A DNA stretch of 64,000 nucleotides, taken from the human T2T-CHM13v2.0 reference genome, Homo sapiens. Location of the stretch: assembly GCF_009914755.1 (NCBI RefSeq), contig NC_060925.1. One strand, written 5' to 3'. The notes under the pieces were generated by a model. That model saw nothing but the letters and a program-made list of their open reading frames with translations, did not search any database and was not told the origin of the DNA. Each line of letters opens with the position of its first letter. Position 1 is the first letter of the stretch. The position numbers were made by a program, and so were the translations under genes. Shown piece after piece: positions 1 to 11,444 of this stretch.

Positions 1-560
1 CCGGCCCCGGGCCAGCCCTCCTCCGCCTCCCCCTCCACTCAGGGAGCGCACGGGTTCTGCGCTATCTTGCCCTCTGTCGCCTTGTGCGAAATGTAATCCA
101 CAAAATGCCTTCGTGGTAACCTTATCCCTGGGCAGCCCGCGATAGCATCTCGCGGCCCCGTGACAGGCAGGAACTCGCAAGCATGGAGTTAATAATGCAG
201 ACTTTCAAAAACCGAGGCTGGCAGAGGGAGGCGAGGGCGGGAATGAAAGGGCCGGTGTGGCTGTAATTGGGACCATGTGAACTTCCTCGGAGGAGGATTA
301 GGAGGAGAGACAGGCCTTGCCCGCGAAGATTAGTTTCAATTAGACGGGCTGGAGGCGAAAGGCCGGCTCGGCGAAAGATTAAAACAAGAAGGAGAACGTT
401 TCCGCGGCGCAGGCTCCGGGCCTGCAGCAGGGGCCGGCAGGACCCACTAATGGAAGGCAGAGCGTGCCCGCGTTCGCAAGACTCGGCTAATTGATTCGAC
501 GCTGGCTTTGCTTCGTCTTCCCCTGCTCACCCGCGCCCCGTGCACTTTTCAGATACTCAT
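1..560. promoter_or_regulatory. CpG-rich candidate enhancer/promoter-like element with clustered homeodomain sites (may continue left of the window)
   Basis: Dense CpG. TAATCC 94-99, GGATTA 295-300, AGATTA 327-332 and 376-381, CTAATTG 487-493, GATA-type CTTATC 121-126. No repeat similarity recognised. Confidence 0.55.
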
Positions 561-1279
561 TTGTGCTTGAAACCACTTTGGAGGGGGGCCCTGCCCCGGC
601 TGTGCCTGCAGGTCAGGGGAGAGCTGGGCAGGGTGGGGGCAGCCCCGCCAGACACTGGCCCGGCCACTTGGGTTCCCATTCTTGGCCACAGGCCATGGTG
701 GGACCGACTGCAGTGCTGAGATTTCTGCAGCCTTGGCCGGTCGTGCGCAGCCGTGACCTCGGGAGGCTTTGCTGGGATCTTCAAAGGGGCTTTCAAATTG
801 CAGGTCTGGGTGTGCCCCCACTCCCTCCTGGGGCCAAGCCTATGTCTTTCCTCCCTCCTTCCTTCCTTCCTGGACTCTGGCCTCTGTAACTTTGAGAATA
901 GTTTTCTTAAGCAAAAACTGTGAAGACAAATGCCTGCAAGTTGGATGTTTCCATGAGCGGGCAGTCGCTTCTGAATTTCTGGGTCGGGCCGGTGGCTGGC
1001 ACCCCTTGGAGGTCAGAAGTAGCTTAAACACCAGGGCTAAGGGCTGGGGATGGGGACTGGCTGGGCCACAGTCCTCAGTCAGAGGCCTCACGCAGAGGCC
1101 AGTCCCTCCCTCCCTCCGCCTCCCCTTCTCTCCTTCTTTTCTTCCTTCGACCGAGACCGGGCTAGGGGTCGGGGGCCCCTCCGTCTCAGAACCTCCCTTC
1201 TTCTCTTTCCATTTCCGTGGGAGGTCAGGGAGTGAGATCCCTAGCCCACTCCAGGGGAGGCAGGGGCACAGAGAGGTGC

Positions 1280-1410
1280 GTGGAGCCTGACACGCCAGCC
1301 TGACCTCCTGCTTAGCTCCCCAGCTGCGGCCGATGCTGCAGGAGCTGCCGGATCCTTGGGCCTGGAATTCCTCATCTGTGACGTGGAGGTGGAGCCTGGA
1401 GCTGCCCAGT
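1280..1410 (+). mobile_element. MIR SINE fragment
   Basis: cctggaattcctcatctgtgacgtggagg resembles the MIR core cctcagtttcctcatctgtaaaatgggg. Confidence 0.55.
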
Positions 1411-1704
1411 GGATGCTGTTGCTCCTGTACCTGAGACAGGTGGGAGGGCTGGTCCCCGCTCATGGGCCACTGTCTTGTCCTGCACCCAGGCCCAAGCTCA
1501 GAGCCCCGGGGAGGTCTGTGTGCTGCAGTGGACTCCATGCATGAGGTCGGGGGGCAGCACTGTGTCCTGGTCTGGGAGCCAGAGGCCAGTGCCCGGGTGT
1601 GGCTGAGCACCTGTGCCTGCGTCTCACAGGCAGAACCAGCTGCCTCCCGGCCTCCTCCGCTGCTTCCCTCCAGGCCCTCCAAGCACGAGGTTGTGTGTGT
1701 GTGT

Positions 1705-1870
1705 GTTTTATCAATCCTTCCCATTGTAATGACAGCTAAATTATGGAAAATGCATTTTCACAGCTGGTGAGAAAAACCATTAGCATTAATCAAGGATCCA
1801 GGCTCATTGGGGATTCATAGGCCGAGTTTTGTTGGTAAAGTCACGGACGTGCTGAACAGTCGTTAGTGGG
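1705..1870. promoter_or_regulatory. AT-rich candidate conserved non-coding enhancer (MEIS + PBX-HOX)
   Basis: TGACAGCT at 1730, palindrome GAAAATGCATTTTC 1746-1759, ATTAATCA (reverse TGATTAAT) 1785-1792. Confidence 0.55.
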
Positions 1871-2364
1871 GTTCACTGGAAATGGGGCCGATCATTTCTC
1901 TTCACGCCGTGCTTCCTACCAAGGGACACCTCCTTGCCTGGGGTCCAGGGCTGAGCTCAGTGCTGGGCCCCTGGTGGTCACTGCAACCCTCACCCTGTGC
2001 TCAGGTGGAGCCTCTGCTTTTCAGGGACCCACCCACAGCCAAGGGCCCCTTTGTATCAGGGGCAGGGGATGCCGTCTTGGTGACATCGTGGGGCTGGCTT
2101 GGTTGTGGTAAGGACGGGAGGCCCTCACTGTCCCGGTGTCCACTGGGGCTGCTCGCTGGGCAAGTAGCCGGGAGCCTGGTGTCCTCTGTGAACCGGGGGC
2201 TGCCTCAGTCCCTGAGGTCCCGACCTCATGCATGTCTGGGCCGTGGTTCCCGAGAACACCCAGTGCCCTGCACACCGTGGGTGCTCTGAGATGCAAGCGA
2301 GTGCCTCGGGAGCCGGTGGGACCCCAGTGAGTATCTAGATTTTGAGCGCTGACTGCATTAAAGT

Positions 2365-2690
2365 GATTTTTAACATAAATGTTTATTTTGGAAGAATTTT
2401 GGATGAACAGAGAAGCAATAAAGGGCTAGTATAGAGAGTCCCCACAGCCCCTTTTTTAGGATTTTTTCCAAAACCCCACAACCCCAGGCTAGACACGAGA
2501 AACACATCCGACAAACCCAGGCTGGTGGCTTCTCCAGGACCCTGGCCTCCTCCCGAAGACAGTCCTCCTGCCCCCATCCAGGCTCCCTTTGCTCACACCC
2601 TGTGCCCACGGGTGGAGATGCCGCCAGGGCACACTGCACACCCTCTGCTCCGGGCGCTCTCTGGAATTCACCAGTTTCCACATCAACCAT
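2365..2690 (-). mobile_element. L1MC-type LINE-1 3' end fragment with an internal opposite-strand L1MC piece (~2465-2565)
   Basis: tttattttggaagaattttggatgaacagagaag...agtatagagagtcccc matches the reverse of an L1MC 3' terminus. aaaaccccacaaccccaggctagacacgagaaacacatccgacaaaccca matches a plus-strand L1MC 3' UTR segment. Confidence 0.6.
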
Positions 2691-3019
2691 CAGGAAGTGC
2701 CTAGGAGGACACAGGCTGTGCCTGTGCCTGGTGTGGCTCCCCACCACCCGGACCCCCACCCCTCTAGTTCCACAACAGGGGTTTGCTCCCAGTCCTGGCT
2801 GGCCTGCCCCGCAGAATCTCCCATCACACTGGCCTCTCTCACCCAATCCATCCCTGAGGGTTCAGTTTAAACCCCCACCTGCAGCGTCCCCACTGGCTCC
2901 CTGACCCCAAGAGTCTCGCCCCCCTTAGCACCCAAATCTGTGCTTTTGTCCCCAACTCTCTCAGGGCATGAACAAGTCTCTCCCATACCCCTGTTAAAAA
3001 TCACCCTGCCAACTATGGA

Positions 3020-4960
3020 TATGTGTGCCTGCAAGGGTTGGTATACACATGGCTGTGTGCGCAGGTACATGTACCTACACACATGTGCACAGGTATGCAC
3101 AGACACGTACACACATGTAACCTGTGCACACATATATGTTATACCAGCCCACGCATACAGATATTGGTATATTTGTATACACACGCATGCTGACCTGTCA
3201 GTACACAGGGTAGTGTACATACGTATGCACACCCCGGTTGATATGCACCCATGTTTTACGTCGCTGTATCTGCTGAGAGGCCCAGCGGGGACGCCCCAGT
3301 GGCCATGCACACGCCCTGCACCCAGATCCCATTTCTAACACCGTCCCCAGTGAAGGGGCCGGAGATCTGCAGAGAAGGGATGGGTTCTAGGACAGGACAG
3401 GGAAAATTCAAGATGAGCCTGTGGCACCTTGTGGTGCCAGGAAATGAGGAAGAGTTTGAGAAACAAAGCGATGGGGCATAGATGGCCAAGGAATGCAGGA
3501 GCTGACCTGGAGGAGCTCCTGATGGCCACAGCTGGAAGAAGGTGATCCACAAAAAGGCGCAGCATTGGGTTATAGCTCCAGGGATGAAAAAATACCCACC
3601 TGTTCATGCGCCATAAAGTAAATGGAGGAAGGAAGGGAGGGAGGGGAAGGAGGGAGGAAAGGAGGAAGGAAGGAAGGAAGGAGAGGAAGAAAGGAAGGGA
3701 GGCAAGAAGGAAGGAAGCAGGGAGGAAGGAAGGAGGAAGGAGGAAGGAGGAAGGAAGGAAGAAAGGAAGAAGGAAAGAGGAAGGAAGAAAAGAGGAAAGA
3801 AAGGGAGGAAAGGAAGGAAGGAGGAAGGAAGGAGGAAGGGAGGAGGAAGGAAGGAAAAAAGGAGGAAAAAAGAAGGAAGGAGAAAGGAAGGAGGGGGAAG
3901 GAGGAAGACAAGAGGGAGGAAGGAGGGAGGAAAGAGGGAGGAAGAGGAAGGAAGGAGGGAGGAAGGAGGGAGGAAGGAGGGAGGAAGAGGAAGGAAGGAG
4001 GGAGGAAGGAGGGAGGAAGGAGGGAGGAAGGAGGGAGGAAGGAGGGAGGAAGGAGGGAGGAAGGAGGGAGGAAGAGGAAGGAAGGAGGGAGGAAGGAGGG
4101 AGGAAGAGGGAGGAACAAGGGGGGGAGGAGGGAGGAAGAGGAAGGAAGGAGGGAGGAAGGAGGGAGGAAGGAGGGAGGAAGGAGGGAGGAAGAGGAAGGA
4201 AGGAGGGAGGAAGAGGAAGGAAGGAGGGAGGAAGGAGGGAGGAAGAGGGAGGAACAAGGGGGGGAGGAGGGAGGAAGAGGAAGGAAGGAGGGAGGAAGGA
4301 GGGAGGAAGGAGGGAGGAAGGAGGGAGGAAGGAGGGAGGAACAAGGGGGGGAGGAGGGAGGAAGGAGGGAGGAAGGAGGGAGGAAGGAGGGAGGAAGGAG
4401 GGAGGAAGGAGGGAAGAAGAGGAAGGAACAAGGGGGGGAGGAGGAAGGAAGGAGGGAGGAAGAGGAAGGAAGGAGGGAGGAAGGAGGGAGGAAGAGGAAG
4501 GAAGGAGGGAGGAAGGAGGGAGGAAGGAGGGAGGAAGGAGGGAGGAAGGAGGGAGGAACAAGGGGGGGAGGAGGGAGGAAGGAGGGAGGAAGGAGGGAGG
4601 AAGGAGGGAGGAAGGAGGGAGGAAGGAGGGAGGAACAAGGGGGGGAGGAGGGAGGAAGGAGGGAGGAAGGAGGGAGGAAGGAGGGAGGAAGGAGGGAGGA
4701 AGGAGGGAAGAAGAGGAAGGAACAAGGGGGGGAGGAGGAAGGAAGGAGGGAGGAAGAGGAAGGAGGGAGGGAGTACAGAGGTAGGAAAGAAGGAAGGAGG
4801 GGTAGGAGGAAGAAGGCACAGATGTTTCTTGTTGAACCCACAGGTGCAGGTACTCCCCCGTGGAAGTGCACCTTAGCCCCCACCACCGCCCCCAGTCACT
4901 CCAGGGGTGACCCCTGGCCGACTCCACCTTAGCCAGGCCCACTCACTGTGGCTGCATCCT
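3020..4960 (+). mobile_element. L1MC3/L1MD-type 3' UTR fragment interrupted by a polypurine repeat
   Basis: 3260-3620 (ctgctgagaggccc...caagatgagcctg...tggccacagctggaa) and 4810-4940 (tactccccc...ccttagccagg) follow the recalled L1MC3 3' UTR in order. Confidence 0.65.
3622..4815. repeat. ~1.2 kb polypurine tandem repeat: (GGAA)n-like start, then an 11-bp AGGAGGGAGGA unit with higher-order structure
   Basis: Almost purely A/G on the + strand; AACAAGGGGGG marker with C at 4116, 4255, 4342, 4429, 4559, 4636, 4723. Confidence 0.97.
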
Positions 4961-5014
4961 CAGGTGGGTGCTGTTCCCACCCACGTCACAGACGGGACAG
5001 CTCAGGGAGTCCTG

Positions 5015-7142
5015 AGACAGGCTGCCTGCCTGGGGTCATTGAAGCCATTTCTGACCCCTGGGCTCTGGCCTCAAGGCTTGGAGGACAGTTTTTTTCCCAT
5101 TTAAACCTTGACTGTAAAGACCTGTGACCTGGAAGTTCTCTGTGGTGGGGCAGCTGCCTGTGGACTCCAGCCACCTCTAGAGTCATGGTTGGTGCCCCCT
5201 GGAGTCAGGAATGGCCTAGACTCGGCAAACAGGATGGGCCAGAGTCGGGGGCCCCATGCAGGGTCCTGGCTCAGCCCCTGCTCCTGGGTGACGTTGGACA
5301 GCCGCTGGAGGTCTCAGCCTCTGTCTCTTCATCCATAAGGTGGAATGACAGCTGCACTTGCCCCGAGACACTACGGGGTTGCCAGGGGTCAGGGGTCAGG
5401 GGTCGGCAGAGCACTGGGTCCCGTGTATCAGGGCCCTGAGGAAGGGTGACAAAACTTTCTCATGCTCCGCATCACGATAACCAGCTCAGTGTGAATGGAG
5501 TGAAGGCTTTTGCCACCTCTGCTACTGGGGCCTCCACAAGGCTGATTTCTGCCGTCCACACCATCTGGCCCAGGAAGGCCCCTAAGAAGTGGTGTCCACG
5601 CCTCTTTGACCCTCACCCACATACTAGAGATGGGGGTCTTTGGACCTCCAAAAAGGCACCTGACTGCTCCCCGGTCTCTGCCCCAGCCCTAGCCGGGGGC
5701 CAAAGGGGAGACCATGCCACACACAGAGAGGTCTGCAAGCTTCAGGGGACCCCGCAGGGCTGGCAGGATACCCTCTGCTAAAACCGCCTGGTTGGCGCTC
5801 TCCCGGAATTCCTCTTCCTGGCGGTCAGGCCGGGACAGTCGGGAGGAGGTGGCTGAAGGGCTCTTGCCATCGGCAACCATTTGTTCCTGGTGAGCCCCAC
5901 CAAGGCCGGGCGCCTGGCTCAGCATCCATGTGGACACCCCGGAGTGCGATCATCCGTGGTGGGCGAGCCTCCTCCCGGTGACATCCCGGGAGAGGCCACC
6001 ACCCTCCCATTGTCGGTGGCCAAAGAGTGTATCCTGAGGGTTTTGCTTCTTCCTCACTGATCTTCTAAAAATTAAGCAAAACCAAACGCAGCAACACGTC
6101 ACCGGGGCTTTCCCCGTGCTGGGGACACCGCCGACAGCCAAGGTCTTGCCCCATCCCTGGGCCGTCAGCAAACCTGGCTTCCCTTTGCCTCTGTGCTGCT
6201 TCCCTCTGGCCTGAAGACCTGGGGGCCGCCATGCTTGTCGCCCGGGCTGTTTCCCTCCCCTCCAGGACACTTGGGAACAGGTGGATTCAGAGGCTGAGCC
6301 AGGGCCCCGTCTCCCCAGGCAGCTGGCAGAAGGGAGTCTCTGGGGTCAGAGAAGCCTCCTCCCTGCCTTGGTGGGGCCGACTCTGTGGTTGCATTGAGGA
6401 GTGGTCAGCGGGGCGTGGGGGGCTGGTGGGAGGCCCAGGAGCTGCAATGAGAACCCACACCTGGGGCAGGACTCTCTGAGGAGAGCAAACCAGGAGGGAC
6501 ACAGGGCGTGGGGGGCGGGGAGCACTCACCAGGGAAGCCCTTCAGTCCCAGGCACAGTCTCTTTGGAGGGGTTTCCTGAAAGACCGGCCTGTGTGGTCCC
6601 AGCCTTGCACTCACAGACATGCCTTGGGCATTGAGAACGCCCCACTCTTCTGGGAGCCGCGCCCAGGCCCCAGCAGGCTCCTTCTCAGGGCAGAAACGGT
6701 CACTTGCTGTGGGTTCTGTCTCTGGGGGGCCCTCCTTGGGCCAAACACATCTGGCTTTTTCCTAAAGTCAGCACCGCCAGAGCCGGGCCAAGTTAGGAAC
6801 TGCCCCGTCCCTCAAGGGAGCTGGCAGAAGGGAGCCTCTGGGGTCAGAGAAGCCTCCTGCTTTGGTGGGGTCATGGAGAGCCTGTTCACCTGGCCCTGGG
6901 CCATTCCAGAGCCCTTGGCACAGCCTCTGCAAGGGAGCAGCTCACCTGGTCAACCAGAGACCAGCATCTCTGCCCTGCAGGCGGGCCCTGTCCTCAGACC
7001 TGCCACGTACCACTCTCCCTGCGAAAAGCCTGTTGGAGCTGGGGAGGGTGGCAGAGAGGGTGGCCCCAATGAAAACCCACCCGTGCCAAACCAGACCCTT
7101 CCTTGCTCCTTGGAGGACAGTTTTTTTCCAATTAAAACCTCA
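5015..7142 (+). repeat. Old local duplication, three degenerate copies (~5015-5110, ~6305-6575, ~6803-7142)
   Basis: 6321-6360 vs 6819-6858 match 39/40; 5077-5108 vs 7109-7140 match 30/32. Confidence 0.75.
5270..5360 (+). mobile_element. MIR fragment
   Basis: ctgggtgacgttggacag...tctcagcctctgtctcttcatccataaggtgg resembles the MIR core. Confidence 0.45.
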
Positions 7143-7539
7143 GATCCAGGAAGGGGAACTGAGCCTCCCGCCTGCGGCCCCCAGGAGGAGCTCGTTGCTC
7201 AGGAGGTGCCCGGACCTGGAGCGTGGAGCCAGGATGCCTCTGGCATCTGGGCACTGGGCCGGAGGGTGGGATAACCCAGCCTGCAGACAGACCTGCTCCC
7301 GGGCTACGGTCGCCAGTGCATATGGACTCCGTTTGCCCTCTGAGGCTGGCAGTGACTCGACTGAACGCAGCCCAGTCTCTGAAGGGCGGTGGTGCTGATT
7401 TCTTTATGAGGTGGAAGCGAGAGTCCCCCTCTGGATTCACACACCTGGAGGCGTCTGAGTGACTCCTCGGGTCCCAGAGCCCGGTGAGCACTGGCACATG
7501 GGAGGGTCACAGCACTGCCTCTGAGTGAGCTGGACCGGA

Positions 7540-7770
7540 AGCCTGTGTCATCTGTTAAATTTAGTGTGAGCATCCAAGGGAGGCTGATCAGGGTTTCAGA
7601 GATTCTGCTCACTGGGGGCTGAACGAACCGTCAGGCTCTGAGCTGCAAACTTGCAGAAGGGCACTCAGGCCGTGATCAATTTGTTAGCGATAGCCGCCAT
7701 AAATACTTGATTCCCCATCTGGCTGGACAGCTCCGAGGGCGCTGACGTTAACTAATTGCCCGTGGTGGGA
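7540..7770. promoter_or_regulatory. Candidate conserved non-coding enhancer
   Basis: AT-rich island with retained CpGs; GCCATAAA (CDX/posterior HOX) 7696-7703, TGATCAAT, GTTAACTAATTG. Confidence 0.5.
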
Positions 7771-8374
7771 GCTGTTGCCGGACGGGGCCCCCGCCTCCTC
7801 ACACCTGCCGCGCTTCCTGGATAGGGTGATAGGGATCGGCCTCCATCCACGGCCCCACAAGGTACTTCCCAGCAGATGGGGAGACCAAGGCTCTTGGGGG
7901 TGGTTTTATGTCAGACTCGGGTCCACTGAACCTTTTTGGGTCACAAGAGGGGGTCACCAATAAAGGGGCCGCTGGGTCCCAGAAGTCTCTGGAGGTAAAG
8001 CCCTCAGCACTTCCCTGGGGGAACAGCAAGCTGACCCCTGGCAGCTGGAAACACTCAGCCAACCTCTTCCAGGGACCCCCAGTGACCACTCACCCACCCC
8101 CAGACACCGAGAGATTTAAGGGGAGTCCGAGATGCTGGCTTCCAACCAGGAGAGGGCACCTCCCCGTCATCGGGAGCCCAGCCCAGATACGCCACACCTG
8201 GGCGAGCTGGGGGGTCTGTCCCTGGGGCAACTCCAACCTCCCAGCTTCTCCGTGGCCCTCAGTATTGCTGGGAAATGAAGGCTTGAAAGCAGCGGAGAGG
8301 CCAGAAACCCCGCCCCGAGGGGCCTCAGTCGCCTGCTCCAGGGAGAACCAGGAGAGGACAGAGTGCATCTGATC

Positions 8375-8695
8375 TGGGGCTGCTGGTCATGGGGGGTGCT
8401 GGCCATGGGGGGTGCTGGTCATAGGGGCTGCTGGCCATGGGGGGTGCTGGCCATGGGGGGTGCTGGTCATAGGGGCTGCTGGCCATGGAGGGTCCTGGCC
8501 ATGGGGAGTGCTAGCCACGGACGGGTGGTGGCCACGGGGGGTGGTGGCCATAGGGGGTGCTGGCCACGGGAGGGTGCTGGGCACTAGAGGGCTGCTGGCC
8601 ATGAGGGGTCCTGGCCATGGGGGGTCCTGGCCATGGGGAGTGCTGGCCACGGGGGGGTGGTGGCTATGGTGGGTGCTGGCCACCGTAGGGGCACT
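8375..8695. repeat. 16-bp G-rich minisatellite (TGCTGGCCATGGGGGG), ~19-20 copies
   Basis: Direct inspection; the variant TGCTGGTCATAGGGGC recurs 48 bp apart (8413, 8461). Confidence 0.93.
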
Positions 8696-11444
8696 GGCGG
8701 CCAAGGGGGCGAGCCGAGGCCTCAGCCAGGCCACATTCACCCCAAATCCCACATCCCATGAGGAGGTGCCGTGAGGCATTCCTGAGCGAGGACCCTGCTT
8801 CCTTCAGTCCCTTAGCCTTGGGGGAGGGGTCCCTGGGGAAGCCAGGCCCAGCTGCAGATGCGGGGTACCCTCAGGCTGGGTGGGATCGAAGAAGGCCACA
8901 CCACATGCCGGCTGCATCCAGAAGCCCCAGTCCATGTGGGGGTCTGAGAAGGAAATGCTGACTTTGAAGGGCACAAGTATTAGGAGCTGCAGGTCCGGGG
9001 CCACCCCGTGGTGTCCTGGTGCCAGTGGGACGGCCCCTCGACAGCTTAGTTGGGCTCTACTCAGGTGGGCGAAGCCCCTGGGGTCTCTTCCTGACCCCCC
9101 ACCCCCAACTCCCTCCGGGCAGGGCCGGCTCTGGGGGCGGCTGACTCCAGCCTCTGCTTCTCCGAATTAAGACGGATGGCGGCTTCTCTAAGAAAGGAAA
9201 TGTATATCAACAAACTTCCATCCCGGAGATCAAACCGCTTCCTCCCGCCCTCCCCAAGCACCTCCCGTGCTGCCCCCCCTCGCCACCCCACCCCCCAGTC
9301 CTGCTGGCCTTCCCTGGCCCCATGTGCCGGCTCAGGGGACCTCAGGAGGGGTGGTGGGGGTGCGTGTGAGGTGAGCTGGGCTGGCCAGAGCAGGGCCAAG
9401 GGGCCACTCTGCACTTTCAAATATCATTAGAGTCAGCGGGCTCCCGGCAAGCGCCAGAGGAGCCCTGGGGGAGCCCCTGTCCATGGCTTCCCAGTGCACC
9501 AGGTCAAGGCCGTTTCCATCAGGGGCATCTGAAAATCCCTCCCCAGGAAATGCCTGGCCAGGAGGGACTGGAATTCCGAGCTCCTGTCCTCAGGAACTGA
9601 TGGTCTTTTTGGGATTGGCATTAGCCCCGGGTGACATCGCCTCCGGCAGCGAGCGGGTGGTGGGGGGCAGCGGGGGCTACAGCGTGGCTGGCAGCCTCCT
9701 CCATTGCCCCTCACCCTGGGGGGAGCCACCAGCTCTCAGAGCAGTTGGTATCCCTGGCCAGCAGCACTGTTTAAAAAAGCCAGAGAGTGTGGCGTGGGGA
9801 AGACCCAGCACCCACCCGGCCTGTGAACCGCTCCAACCACTTTTCAGAGACGGCTGCTGTTGTGCGGGGCTCCCCAGGCAGCTGGGGTGGGGGCACCAGC
9901 AGGGGCTCTGATGGGGCATCCTGGAGGGCGGAGCTGGCGTCGGGGCTGACGTGCGCCCAGTCACGCCTTGTCTTAGGGCTCCCTGGGGAGGTGCCAGTGC
10001 TTGGCAGGACAGACCCTCCGTGCGCCCTCTCTGATGGCCGCTCCCCTCGAGACTCAGAGCCCCATGAGACTGTGGGGAGGACACCGGGGGGAGAAGCGTG
10101 GACCTCCTGGGAAGCTGGAGTAACATACCCGAGCCAGGCCGGTGGGCTCCATGGGCCAAGAGACCCCCACAAAGCCTCCTCTGCCTGCACCTCTGCTAGG
10201 GCTCCCGGAGGCAGAGCCGGATCCAGCTCCCAGGATAATGTGCGGGGGCATCATGTGGCTCAGACCCCCCTGGAGCTTGTGTTCAGAGGGCAAGGTGCTC
10301 CTGGGTCCACACTGTCACACAGGTGGGGGTCTTGCAGCTCCCCTCTGAGAGGCTCTGGCCTGGCAGGGTTGAGGGGTCCCTGACTGAGGACCAGGAAGAA
10401 CGGGGACCGTGGACTCGCCTCTGACCAGCGCTGGTGGGCAGCTGTGTCCACAGAAGCCTCCGCAGGAGGATTTCTCACAGCCCAGCCCCAGCCGTGAGAG
10501 AGCCGAGGCCTCAAGGACAGGTGACGGTCCAGGACCCAGGGCCAGTGCCAGCCAAGCCTTCAAGCCAGCTGTGCCTGCCCTGCACTGGTTGCACTTTCCA
10601 AGCAAGGGAGGTGGAGGTGCAACTGTGCTCTGAGGATGAGCAAGGATGAGAGAGACCCAGAGACAGAGACAGAGAGTTGAAAGGAGGGAGGGGAGGATGC
10701 CGTAGAGATGGAGGTTCTGAGACCTCACTCAGGGCATTGGCCTAGGTGCTGGGGTTCTCCTGGCAGCTCTGGGTCTGAGACCCTGGACGAGGCTGGCCTA
10801 GAGAGGCAGCTACTGCAGAAAGGCGAACTCCTGGGAATCTGGCTGCCCAGGGGCCTGAGAGGTGAGGTGGGCGACTATCCAGAGGCCTCATCCTGTCCCT
10901 TCCTGCCGGGGCCTCAGTCCGGCCGTCTGGTGCTGTGCAGGATGGGGCTGGCTCTGAAACAGTGATCACCGCGCCAGCCACGGGGCAGCCTCTGGTGGAA
11001 CCCAGGGTTCCCTGCAAGCCAGGGTGTGCCAGAGGCTCTGGGATCAACTGGTTTCAGGCCCACGTGCTCTGAGGGACCTGCATCTCACTGCATAGGATAC
11101 TTGGGTCCTGGAAGGTGAAGCACCTCCTGAGACCCCCGCCCCAGCTGGGCAGCCTCTGAGCGTCCGCACCCTATCCCACCACGCGGTGACATGGAAGGGC
11201 CCTGCGTGCTGGCTGGACACACTCCCTGACCTGCAGGGGCCCCAATACCCAGCACTCACTCACACCCATTCCCATCCTGCAGCCTGGCACCCAGAGAGAT
11301 GGGCTTGCGGCCCTGTGCAGAGGGAAGACAGTGGCTCAGGGACACCAGCCACATGCCAGGGGATGGTTCTGGCCGAGTGGGGGCCCCTCCATGGGGGGGC
11401 TTGGAGCACCCCCCATCCGCTTGGCCAAGGCTGCCTGCCTGAAG

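Noticed and set aside
3625-3900. EWS-FLI1-type GGAA microsatellite enhancer
   Set aside because: Uninterrupted GGAA runs are only a few units long
3335-4942. 373-535 aa ORFs on both strands (Pro/Ser/Leu or Gly/Arg/Glu rich)
   Set aside because: Stop-free read-through of the polypurine repeat; no protein-like complexity
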